DNA of 44,878 nt from Nitrososphaerota archaeon (lineage in GTDB: Archaea; Thermoproteota; Nitrososphaeria_A; Caldarchaeales; Calditenuaceae), in assembly GCA_038845265.1 (NCBI GenBank), contig JAWBQR010000004.1, forward strand, positions 1 through 44,878. The letters are read 5' to 3'. The position numbers were made by a program, and so were the translations under genes. How positions within the stretch are numbered: the first letter of the stretch is position 1; each line of letters opens with the position of its first letter. This document shows positions 10,393 to 18,373 of this stretch, in pieces. The notes beneath the pieces were generated by a model that saw nothing but the letters and a program-made list of their open reading frames with translations, searched no databases and was not told the origin of the DNA.

Positions 10393-10482
10393 CTCTATGA
10401 AATATCTGATTGAGGGTCCTATTTCTCATTATTGATTATACTGTTCATATGGGGTATATATCTTGGGAATTTATGATAGCTT

Positions 10483-11655
10483 ATGGGAATGTCGAGTAAT
10501 AATCAAGAAGAGGAATTCAAGGTAACGCCTTGGACAGTAGAGGGAAAAGTAGATTATAATAAGTTAATCAAATTGTTCGGAACAGAAGAGTTGAACGACG
10601 ATCTTCTCGAAAGACTTCAAAGGCTAGCAAATGAAGAGCATTTTATGTTAACCAGGCGTATCTTTTTTTCTCATAGAGATTTAAGCAAAGTATTAGATGA
10701 TTATGAAGCTGGGCGTGGCTTCTTTCTATATACTGGAAGAGGACCAAGCGGGCCGATGCATGTTGGACATATAATTCCGTTTTACTTTACAAAGTGGCTT
10801 CAATCAAGGTTTAAGGTTAATCTCTACATTGAAGTCACAGATGATGAAAAGTTCTTAGAGGAGGGCAGAGGACTTACATATAAAGAGGTTAAGCACTGGA
10901 CCAACGAGAATATTCTCGACATTGCTGCCGTAGGACTTGACCCAGACAGGACTTTCATATTCAAAGACACGGAATACATCGGAAATATGTATCCCCTCTT
11001 GCTAAAGATAGCTAAGAGAATTAATTTTAGCCTAGTTAGAGCTGTTTTTGGTTTTGATAATCAGACAAATATCGGCCTTATATTTTATCCAGCACTTCAG
11101 ATCGCTCCTACGATGTTTGAACGTAAAAGGTGCCTAATACCATCGGCTATCGATCAAGATCCATATTGGCGAATTCAGAGAGACATTGCTGAACAACTAA
11201 ACTACTATAAGACGGCGGCTATTCATAGTAAATTTTTAATGCCACTGACCGGACCGTGGGGAAAAATGAGTTCCTCCAGCCCTGAGAGTGCAATCTTTCT
11301 GACGGATTCCCCTGAAGTTGTGAGAAAGAAGATTTGGAAGGCCTTTTCTGGTGGACAACCAACAGCTGAGCTCCAGCGTAAGCTCGGAGGGAACCCTGAG
11401 ATAGACGTGGCCTTCCAGTGGTTATACTACTTCTTCGAGCCTGACGATTCTAAGATTGAAAAATTGAGGGAAGATTACAAGTCTGGAGCAATTCTTTCTG
11501 GCGAATTAAAGGAGTACCTCATAGAAAGGGTGACCGAGTTTTTGGATGAGCACCAGGCGAGCAGAGAAAATTCTCGAGAAATGGTCAAATTATATCTCAG
11601 AGACGGTGAACTTGCCTCGAAGATGTGGAAAACACTGTATGGAGATGAAGATTAG
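10483..11655 (+). CDS. trpS: Tryptophanyl-tRNA synthetase
   Basis: VTPW, YTGRGPS, HVGH (HIGH), AIDQDPY, KMSSS (KMSKS), AFSGG. Confidence 0.97.
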   Translation: MGMSSNNQEEEFKVTPWTVEGKVDYNKLIKLFGTEELNDDLLERLQRLANEEHFMLTRRIFFSHRDLSKVLDDYEAGRGFFLYTGRGPSGPMHVGHIIPFYFTKWLQSRFKVNLYIEVTDDEKFLEEGRGLTYKEVKHWTNENILDIAAVGLDPDRTFIFKDTEYIGNMYPLLLKIAKRINFSLVRAVFGFDNQTNIGLIFYPALQIAPTMFERKRCLIPSAIDQDPYWRIQRDIAEQLNYYKTAAIHSKFLMPLTGPWGKMSSSSPESAIFLTDSPEVVRKKIWKAFSGGQPTAELQRKLGGNPEIDVAFQWLYYFFEPDDSKIEKLREDYKSGAILSGELKEYLIERVTEFLDEHQASRENSREMVKLYLRDGELASKMWKTLYGDED

Positions 11656-11673
11656 TAATTCGTTTTCTAATGG

Positions 11674-11680
11674 TTATAAG
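11674..11680 (+). promoter_or_regulatory. TATA box of the SRP RNA gene
   Basis: TTATAAG ends 22 nt before the predicted 5' end of the SRP RNA. Confidence 0.55.
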
Positions 11681-11702
11681 AAGGGAAAATACTAGTTTTA
11701 TT

Positions 11703-12024
11703 GGGCGGCGGGTAGGGCCGGGGGGCTAGCCCTCCCCTGCAACCCGAAATGGGCTACTCGCGGGGGCCAGTAACCCCTAGGAAGGCGAAGACACGAACTG
11801 GCAGACAGTTAGGTGCCCCTTAAATGATCCAGCACCTGGACGGAGCTTGGGAGCGTGTCATGCCTCTCGTAGGAGAGGCCACTGACATGCTTACGGGTCG
11901 AACCGTGTCAGGCCCGGGAGGGAGCAGCACTAAGACCCGACTAAGCTGCTGTCCATAAGTGTTGGTGATGAGGACCTAGCTGGGATGCCGGCCAGTGTCC
12001 GCCGACCTGGGGGAGCCGCCGCCC
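11703..12024 (+). ncRNA. ffs: Archaeal signal recognition particle (7S) RNA
   Basis: GC-rich 322-nt island. Terminal helix GGGCGGCGG/CCGCCGCCC; Alu domain with kissing loops TAGCCC/GGGCTA; helix 6 GCCTCTC-GTAG-GAGAGGC (11862-11879); helix 8 GTCAGGCCC-GGGA-GGGAGCAGC SRP54 site. Confidence 0.95.
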
Positions 12025-12072
12025 ATTAAAAAAGACTTTATGAGATGTCACCCTCTCAATTATTGTATAGAA

Positions 12073-12555
12073 ATGTCTACGGAGGAGAGGAACGAGTTAG
12101 AGGAACTGAAGAAAGAGAATCAAGAATTGAAGACACAGATACTTTACCTGCAGGCAGAGCTTGATAATATGAGAAAATTAATTGAGAAAGAAGTTGACCG
12201 AGCAAAACAGCAAATTACTGAAAAATTAGTAGTAAACCTGATATACGTTTACGAGGGACTTGAAAGAGCTTTGAGCACAGTTCGGGAGGATAAAGAAGAT
12301 CCCTTTATTGAAGGGATAAAAATTCTATTTAAAGAGATTGAGAAAATGCTGGAAGAAGAGAATGTGAGAGTTTTGGAGAGTGTAGGTAAAAAATTTGATC
12401 CATTTATTCATGAGGCCGTTGGATATGTCAATAACGAAGAATTGGAAGATGGCACGATTGTCGCTGAGGTCGCCAGAGGATACACACTAAAGGGAAAATT
12501 ATTACGTCCCGCAAGGGTAATAGTTGTAAAAAATAAAAAATCAGATAATAGATGA
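12073..12555 (+). CDS. grpE: Nucleotide exchange factor GrpE (start re-assigned to ATG 12073)
   Basis: Coiled coil with LQAELDNMRK, GKKFDPFIHEAV, GYTLKGKLLRPARVIV. Confidence 0.92.
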   Translation: MSTEERNELEELKKENQELKTQILYLQAELDNMRKLIEKEVDRAKQQITEKLVVNLIYVYEGLERALSTVREDKEDPFIEGIKILFKEIEKMLEEENVRVLESVGKKFDPFIHEAVGYVNNEELEDGTIVAEVARGYTLKGKLLRPARVIVVKNKKSDNR

Positions 12556-12620
12556 AATCATCAATTAAGAAAGTTTATCCTTATTTATTCCTACCTCCCT
12601 AATATTGATAGGCTCTAGGA

Positions 12621-13283
12621 TTGTCAAAGCACAAATGGCTAGCTATGAGGATGTCTGACCCATGGTATAGATTGGCTAAACAAGAAGGTTACCCATCAAG
12701 GGCAGCCTATAAACTATTGTATATACAGGAGAAATACGGAATAATTAGAGAAGGCTATACAATAGTAGATATTGGGTCAGCGCCCGGCGGAATGCTCTCG
12801 GTCGAAGCCAAATTGGTTGGAAGCAAAGGCACTGTCTTAGCAATAGATACCAAAGAGATCAAATACAACGCGAATAATATAAGGAAGTTATCACTCAATA
12901 TTTTTGATGAAGAATCACCCAGAGTAATTGCTGATGCACTTAATTGGAAACGATGCGATGTTTTAATTTCTGACGCCTCTCCAAATCTCTCAGGTATTAG
13001 AGAACTCGACACTATTAAACAACTTGACTTAGTACTGAGGGTAATAGAGATATCTGACCTAATCCTCAGAAATGGTGGCAATCTATTGGTGAAGGCATAC
13101 GAATGCAGGGAATTAATGGATATTGAAAAAGGATTAAAAAAGGGATTCAGTCTTTATAAACGTGTAAAACCACCTCCATCGACTTGGAAGCGCAATTCCG
13201 AAGTTTACTTAATGGGGCTTGAAAAAATCCGCGAAGGCATTCATAATCTTATTTTAACAATCATTGAAAGAAATCATGGGTGA
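12621..13283 (+). CDS. rlmE: 23S rRNA Um2552 methyltransferase RlmE/FtsJ
   Basis: DPWYRLAKQEGYPSRAAYKL, DIGSAPGG, SDASPNLSG, RNSEVY; TTG start. Confidence 0.93.
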   Translation: MSKHKWLAMRMSDPWYRLAKQEGYPSRAAYKLLYIQEKYGIIREGYTIVDIGSAPGGMLSVEAKLVGSKGTVLAIDTKEIKYNANNIRKLSLNIFDEESPRVIADALNWKRCDVLISDASPNLSGIRELDTIKQLDLVLRVIEISDLILRNGGNLLVKAYECRELMDIEKGLKKGFSLYKRVKPPPSTWKRNSEVYLMGLEKIREGIHNLILTIIERNHG

Positions 13284-14274
13284 CCTTTTTCTTCTGGACA
13301 TATAAATTAACAACAATCTCAGATATATCTGCGCTATACTCAATGATTCTTTTAAGACTTTCAAAAGCGTTCCGAGTTAACAAACTTATGTTGATGTTCT
13401 TTGCGGTGTGCAGTTCTGCCTGCTCGGTCTCAGATAAGACTTTAAATACTTTAGTAAGTACCTGATTTGCTAATACATGGTCAAGCACTAACATTGATTT
13501 TAGTGAATCCTCGAATATCACATTTGCAGTAACTCCGAAATCTATGACTTTTTTAGGTACTCTAATCTGGCTTTTTTCGTTGGCTATGATTGATTTCGCG
13601 ATTAGTACAGCATGGTCTGCTGATCTTTCTATACTTTTTGAAGCGAGCATGTATCCTAGACATGATTGCTTTGTTGGTGGTTCAATCGTGTTCAATACAT
13701 TATAGTTTGACAGCGCTATATTGAGCTGCCGGACTATAAAATGATAGAATCTGTCTACCTCATCGTCTCTTTCAATAATGCTACGGGCAAGATCCACATC
13801 TTCGTTTTCAAGAGCGATTAATGTTTCTTTCTGCATACTTGAAGTTATGCTACCCATTCTTTCTAAAGCCTTTTTTAACGGCATATTAGTATGAGCGGGT
13901 AAAACCTGAGTAGAGACTTCGATTGAGCTTTCCTCAATTATTTCCACACCTATGAGGTACCTCCTTATCATTTCTTTAACCTCCTGAATTATGCTATGTT
14001 TCGCACCTTGAAGACGAAACTTGATTAATTCATATCCGGCCAAATACCAAGAAACATACTCTCTAAAAACTTGTACAGATGAGCTTTCATTATCAATCAA
14101 AACCACACCTTCTTCAGTTTGCTGCTTTTTTGGGACTATTACAAGTGAGTTATCAATCTGCGGAATCAGCAATACTTCATCCAATTTTTTCAAATTCACA
14201 CTGTCGACCCATTCTTTGGGTAACGAAACTATTAATGTAGAGCCCCCAGATAGCTGGACCCTCCTCACGTACAT
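13261..14274 (-). CDS. phoU: Archaeal phosphate-uptake regulator (AbrB + PhoU domains)
   Basis: RRVQLSGGSTLIVSLPKEW (AbrB); RDDEVDRFY, IERSADHA, RIIEYSADI (PhoU repeats). Confidence 0.9.
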   Translation of the reverse strand: MYVRRVQLSGGSTLIVSLPKEWVDSVNLKKLDEVLLIPQIDNSLVIVPKKQQTEEGVVLIDNESSSVQVFREYVSWYLAGYELIKFRLQGAKHSIIQEVKEMIRRYLIGVEIIEESSIEVSTQVLPAHTNMPLKKALERMGSITSSMQKETLIALENEDVDLARSIIERDDEVDRFYHFIVRQLNIALSNYNVLNTIEPPTKQSCLGYMLASKSIERSADHAVLIAKSIIANEKSQIRVPKKVIDFGVTANVIFEDSLKSMLVLDHVLANQVLTKVFKVLSETEQAELHTAKNINISLLTRNAFESLKRIIEYSADISEIVVNLYVQKKKVTHDFFQ

Positions 14275-14354
14275 TTCAAATATATAAATAATAATGGCTC
14301 TATATAGATGTCTCTTAATCTACAAAGACATTAAAAATCAACAAGATTACTTAA

Positions 14355-15314
14355 CTATGAGTATAGATTTCTAAACTTTCTTAGTAGCAAGCTAGCTGCT
14401 GCAGCATCCTGAATTGATAATCCTACACTCTTAAAGATTGTAATCTCATCCATATTCGCTCTCCCTTGCTTCATACCCGCAATTATTTCTCCAATCTCGG
14501 CGTAGATGTAGTCCTTAGTTATGTATCCTTTTTTTATTGCCTGGATTATATCGCCTGCCTCTGATAATGCCGCCTCTCTCGAATCTACAACGAGTTTAGA
14601 AACAGCGATAAGCTCCGCCTCGATTTCCGCCATATCGGGCGTATATGCACCTATTGCCGAGATATGGGTGCCTGGTTTAACTTGCTTCTTCTTAACGAAG
14701 GGATACCTCGAAGTTGTAGCCGTAATTATCACGTCGCTCGAATTCACAAGGTCATCAACAGAACTCATTAGTTTAATTCTATCATCAAAAACCTCCTTGA
14801 AATTCTGCTTGAAGTTGAGCATTTTTTCACGGTCAATATCGTATATCTTTATTTCTTCGAAATTTAGCATTTTTGTTGCAGCTAGTAGTTGCCATTTGGC
14901 TTGGTAGCCACATCCTATGATCCCAAGTACCTTACTGTCTTTCCTGGCAAGATACTTTATTGAAATTGCTGTTGCAGCTCCTGTTCTTAATCCGGTTAAT
15001 GCCTTAGCGTCACAAATTAGATGGGGCGCACCGTTCTCAGGATTAATCGCGACTAAAATCGCATGGATCGTCGGCATACCTTTTGATAAATTCTGTGGAT
15101 AAACTGTAACAATTTTTGTGCTGAATATATTGAGGTCTGCTGATAGACAAGGCATGATGAGTATATCTCCTCCTGCATAGTCTACAGACACTTTCATTCT
15201 ATGTGGCGTAACTGTTTTACCCAAACTATACAATCTGAACCCTTCTTCGACTACACCTATCACGTCTTCAATTGCTAATAATTTCTGTACATCCTCATCG
15301 GTCAATGCCCTCAT
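14355..15314 (-). CDS. Ornithine cyclodeaminase/mu-crystallin family protein (possible archaeal alanine dehydrogenase)
   Basis: KIVTVYPQN, LTGLRTGAA, GIIGCGYQA, GTHISAIGA, FKSVGLSIQDAAAA. Confidence 0.9.
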   Translation of the reverse strand: MRALTDEDVQKLLAIEDVIGVVEEGFRLYSLGKTVTPHRMKVSVDYAGGDILIMPCLSADLNIFSTKIVTVYPQNLSKGMPTIHAILVAINPENGAPHLICDAKALTGLRTGAATAISIKYLARKDSKVLGIIGCGYQAKWQLLAATKMLNFEEIKIYDIDREKMLNFKQNFKEVFDDRIKLMSSVDDLVNSSDVIITATTSRYPFVKKKQVKPGTHISAIGAYTPDMAEIEAELIAVSKLVVDSREAALSEAGDIIQAIKKGYITKDYIYAEIGEIIAGMKQGRANMDEITIFKSVGLSIQDAAAASLLLRKFRNLYS

Positions 15315-15348
15315 TTCAAATATTTTCGTTTTTGAACCAAGATATAAG

Positions 15349-15927
15349 TTAGCTAGAGTTTCTATCTTCTTTTATTTGTTTAATGATTTGGTCAAGCTTA
15401 ACCAGTCTGCTCCTTTTAATACAAGCGCAATTAGAGTTTGTTACATTACTGAGGGATGGTTTATATTTGTATATTCGATGTACCCGAGAATCATGACTCG
15501 ACCACGCCTCCAATACCTCTATCGGCCGCCATCCTGGAATCAAATAGTCATGTGTGAGTATGATGGCATCTTTTTTAAGATTACAAAATAGCGGCTTCAT
15601 AGCTGTAAGTGCCTTTCTTGACAGATATGCCGTCACTACGTCAACCGGACTTAAGTCTAACCTCCTCATGTCCTCGTTAATTATGAATACGTTGTAAGGC
15701 TTCTCCTTTAATTTTTTATTTGCTAGCCTTACTAATTCCTTATTTATCTCTACCCCTAATGCTATGCACCCAGTCATTAATGATGCAGTTATTGGAATTC
15801 TTCCATCTCCGGAGCCTAAATCCAATAGAACCTTTCCTTCTGATAATTCCGCGAACTCGACCATTTTCTTAACAACATCAATTGGTGTAGGCACGAAGGG
15901 ATCGAGCCTCTTGACCCGTCCCGCCAT
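15349..15927 (-). CDS. Class I SAM-dependent methyltransferase, aKMT/FAM173-like (putative protein lysine methyltransferase)
   Basis: PFVPTP, LDLGSGDGRI, GVEIN, THDYLIPGW. Confidence 0.8.
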   Translation of the reverse strand: MAGRVKRLDPFVPTPIDVVKKMVEFAELSEGKVLLDLGSGDGRIPITASLMTGCIALGVEINKELVRLANKKLKEKPYNVFIINEDMRRLDLSPVDVVTAYLSRKALTAMKPLFCNLKKDAIILTHDYLIPGWRPIEVLEAWSSHDSRVHRIYKYKPSLSNVTNSNCACIKRSRLVKLDQIIKQIKEDRNSS

Positions 15928-16030
15928 CCAATAGTTATAATAATTTATGAGTAATTTTAATGTATTTTCATGCTTTATATAGACTCTATGGCTTTTTAGA
16001 TTTATTTTTCGGGATTATTTACAATTAATC

Positions 16031-17860
16031 ATGTGTGCAGAAAGGCAAAAGATTGTCGTTGACACTAGCGCCATTATAAACGGCGAAGTTACTAGATTGA
16101 TACAGAGCGGAGAGTTATCAAATGTCATTATCATAATTCCAGTTGCTGCGCTCGATGAGCTTCAAGCACAGGCCTCCAAGGGACGTACAGAAGGGATGAT
16201 GGGACTATCTGAGATAAAGAAAATCAGGGAACTAGGTATTGAAAAAGGTGTTGAGTTACAGTTCGTTGGCGAGAGACCGAGTCTTGAGGATATAAAGCTG
16301 GCTAAGGGTGGCCGAATAGACGCAATAATCAGAGATGTGGCAAAGAAAGAAGGAGCGACACTTTATACCTCTGATTATGTGCAGTTTTTAGTAGCAGAAG
16401 CCGAAGGAGTTCCGGCTAGATTTCTAATGCCTGAGGAAAAAGTCAAAAAAATAGGCTTTGAATCATTTTTCACCGATGATACAATGAGCGTCCATCTCAA
16501 GGTCGGTGTACCTCCACTTGCTAAAAAAGGTAGGCCAGGAAGCATCAGGCTAGTTAAGTTAAGAGAAGATCCTTTAACTGTTGACGAGATTCAAGGAGTT
16601 ATCTCAGATGTAATGTGGGCTGTGAGACACGCAAATGAGGGATCACTAGAAATTGTTAGAAACAACGCTATAGTTGCACAAATAGGACAGTATAGGGTAG
16701 CTATTACTAAACCACCTTTTAGCGATGACCATGAAGTGACAATAGTTAGACCCATAGTTAAGCTACGGCTAGAAGATTATCATCTAAGCGAGAAACTAAT
16801 GAACAGACTCTCAACCAAGGCAGAGGGGTTACTCATAGCAGGCCCACCGGGCTCAGGTAAAAGCACCTTCGCAAGTAGTTTAGCAGAATTTTATTCGGGA
16901 CTTGGAAAAATTGTTAAGACCTTTGAATCTCCCAGAGACCTTCAAGTAAGCCACGAGATAACCCAGTATGGACCTTTAGAAGGAGATTTCGAGAAAACAG
17001 CCGAGATACTGCTCTTGGTGAGACCGGACTATACAATATTTGATGAAATGAGAAGACCTAAAGATTTTCAAATTTATGCAGATATGCGTCTTGCGGGAGT
17101 AGGCATGGTTGGTGTAATACATGCAAGCGATCCAATAGATGCTATTCAGAGATTCTTGGGCAAAACAGAACTTGGCATGCTGCCGCATATCGTTGATACT
17201 GTAATATTCATTAAAGATGGAATGGTGCAGAGTGTTTATGAGCTCAGACTTGCAGTAAGGGTCCCGACTGGTATGAAGGATGAAGACCTCTCAAGACCGA
17301 TAGTTGAAGTAGTAAACTTCTTGAATGATGAATTAGTTTATGAGATCTACAAGTACGGAGAAGAAACAGTGGTTGTTCCTATAGTATCAGACGAATTATC
17401 AAATGAAGTAGTGGATGAAATCAAGAATAAGATTCTCCGGGCCATTTCTAGAATCACAAAGGATCCATTAATCGAGGTAGTGGCAAAAGACAAAGTAATA
17501 GTAAAAGTTAGCAAGGAAGATATTCCAAGAATTCTTGGTAAAAAAGGACAGACAATTCGGAGCCTTGAGAAAAAACTAAATGTCAGTATATTGGTCGAGC
17601 CAAAAGTTCCGACACTAGGGAAGGAGATAAAATTCAACATCTATGAGAGCGGCAACTCAATAGAGATAAATGTCGATGAGAAATTGCAGGGAGAGCATAT
17701 CAATATTTACTTAAATGATAGATTCTTATTCTCCGCAATAGTGGGGAAACTGGGTAAGATACGCATAAATAAAAATTCAGATATAGGGCGAAGATTGATG
17801 AAGCATCTCATGGCAGGCGAATCGATCAAAATTTATACTGATAAGCAAATAGAAAAATAA
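16031..17860 (+). CDS. PIN-domain + ATPase + KH protein (PINA/VapC-ATPase family)
   Basis: PIN motif VVDTSAII and ELQAQA; GPPGSGKST; RPDYTIFDEMR; KH motif ILGKKG. Confidence 0.92.
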   Translation: MCAERQKIVVDTSAIINGEVTRLIQSGELSNVIIIIPVAALDELQAQASKGRTEGMMGLSEIKKIRELGIEKGVELQFVGERPSLEDIKLAKGGRIDAIIRDVAKKEGATLYTSDYVQFLVAEAEGVPARFLMPEEKVKKIGFESFFTDDTMSVHLKVGVPPLAKKGRPGSIRLVKLREDPLTVDEIQGVISDVMWAVRHANEGSLEIVRNNAIVAQIGQYRVAITKPPFSDDHEVTIVRPIVKLRLEDYHLSEKLMNRLSTKAEGLLIAGPPGSGKSTFASSLAEFYSGLGKIVKTFESPRDLQVSHEITQYGPLEGDFEKTAEILLLVRPDYTIFDEMRRPKDFQIYADMRLAGVGMVGVIHASDPIDAIQRFLGKTELGMLPHIVDTVIFIKDGMVQSVYELRLAVRVPTGMKDEDLSRPIVEVVNFLNDELVYEIYKYGEETVVVPIVSDELSNEVVDEIKNKILRAISRITKDPLIEVVAKDKVIVKVSKEDIPRILGKKGQTIRSLEKKLNVSILVEPKVPTLGKEIKFNIYESGNSIEINVDEKLQGEHINIYLNDRFLFSAIVGKLGKIRINKNSDIGRRLMKHLMAGESIKIYTDKQIEK

Positions 17861-17885
17861 ATTTATTCTAAGATTTCAACAATTT

Positions 17886-18146
17886 TTAGACTTCTTTTAG
17901 TTTGAATTCTTTTCCCTCGCAGTGAACAACTCCTTTCACTCTTCTTATATGAGATACACAGTTAAAACAAACCAGAAAGACAACATCTTGTTTTGCTACT
18001 GGACACTCGACATACTCCTTCTTCATCATAGTTATCATTTTTGAACTTAATGACTTTTTTAAGTATTCAACTAACTGTGAATTTACTTTGAATGCTTTTG
18101 TTCCTTTTTTCACTTCGACGAAGTAGATCGGGGTTCTGTTCAGCAT
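17886..18146 (-). CDS. Small Cys-rich hypothetical protein (putative metal-binding)
   Basis: 86-aa ORF filling the gap, with C-x11-CxxC-x12-C. Confidence 0.7.
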   Translation of the reverse strand: MLNRTPIYFVEVKKGTKAFKVNSQLVEYLKKSLSSKMITMMKKEYVECPVAKQDVVFLVCFNCVSHIRRVKGVVHCEGKEFKLKEV

Positions 18147-18189
18147 ATTTTAGAGTTAGATTATCGAAACAGATTTTTATGTTTATTTC

Positions 18190-18209
18190 TTCGTCACATT
18201 CTTGACGAA
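18190..18209. promoter_or_regulatory. Perfect 7-bp inverted repeat, putative transcription-factor operator
   Basis: TTCGTCA-cattct-TGACGAA ending 3 nt upstream of the TATA box, between divergent genes. Confidence 0.5.
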
Positions 18210-18212
18210 ATA

Positions 18213-18220
18213 TTTATATA
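18213..18220 (+). promoter_or_regulatory. TATA box of the leuA-ilv operon
   Basis: TTTATATA preceded by purine-rich GACGAAA (BRE-like); predicts a TSS near 18244-18246. Confidence 0.65.
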
Positions 18221-18258
18221 AGACACTATTGTCATAATCTTCAAGCGGTGGGGGAATT

Positions 18259-18363
18259 ATTGCTTACAGGCAAAATAACATAACATTAGATGGAACCGAA
18301 AAAACAATAATTATCTTACCCCCACTCGTCATTATTGTAATTCTCCTTCTTGTAGTACTTTAA
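18259..18363 (+). CDS. Putative Ile/Leu/Val-rich leader peptide of the leuA-ilv operon (start uncertain)
   Basis: Frame reads ...IAYRQNNITLDGTEKTIIILPPLVIIVILLLVVL-TAA. There is no in-frame ATG/GTG/TTG. Candidate starts are ATT 18256/18259 after a GGTG SD, or ATG 18290 via a -1 shift at A6. Confidence 0.5.
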   Translation: MAYRQNNITLDGTEKTIIILPPLVIIVILLLVVL

Positions 18364-18373
18364 GGTGGTTCGA

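Noticed and set aside
11995-12072. N-terminal extension of GrpE in the ORF track
   Set aside because: It overlaps the SRP RNA terminal helix; ATG 12073 gives a normal GrpE.
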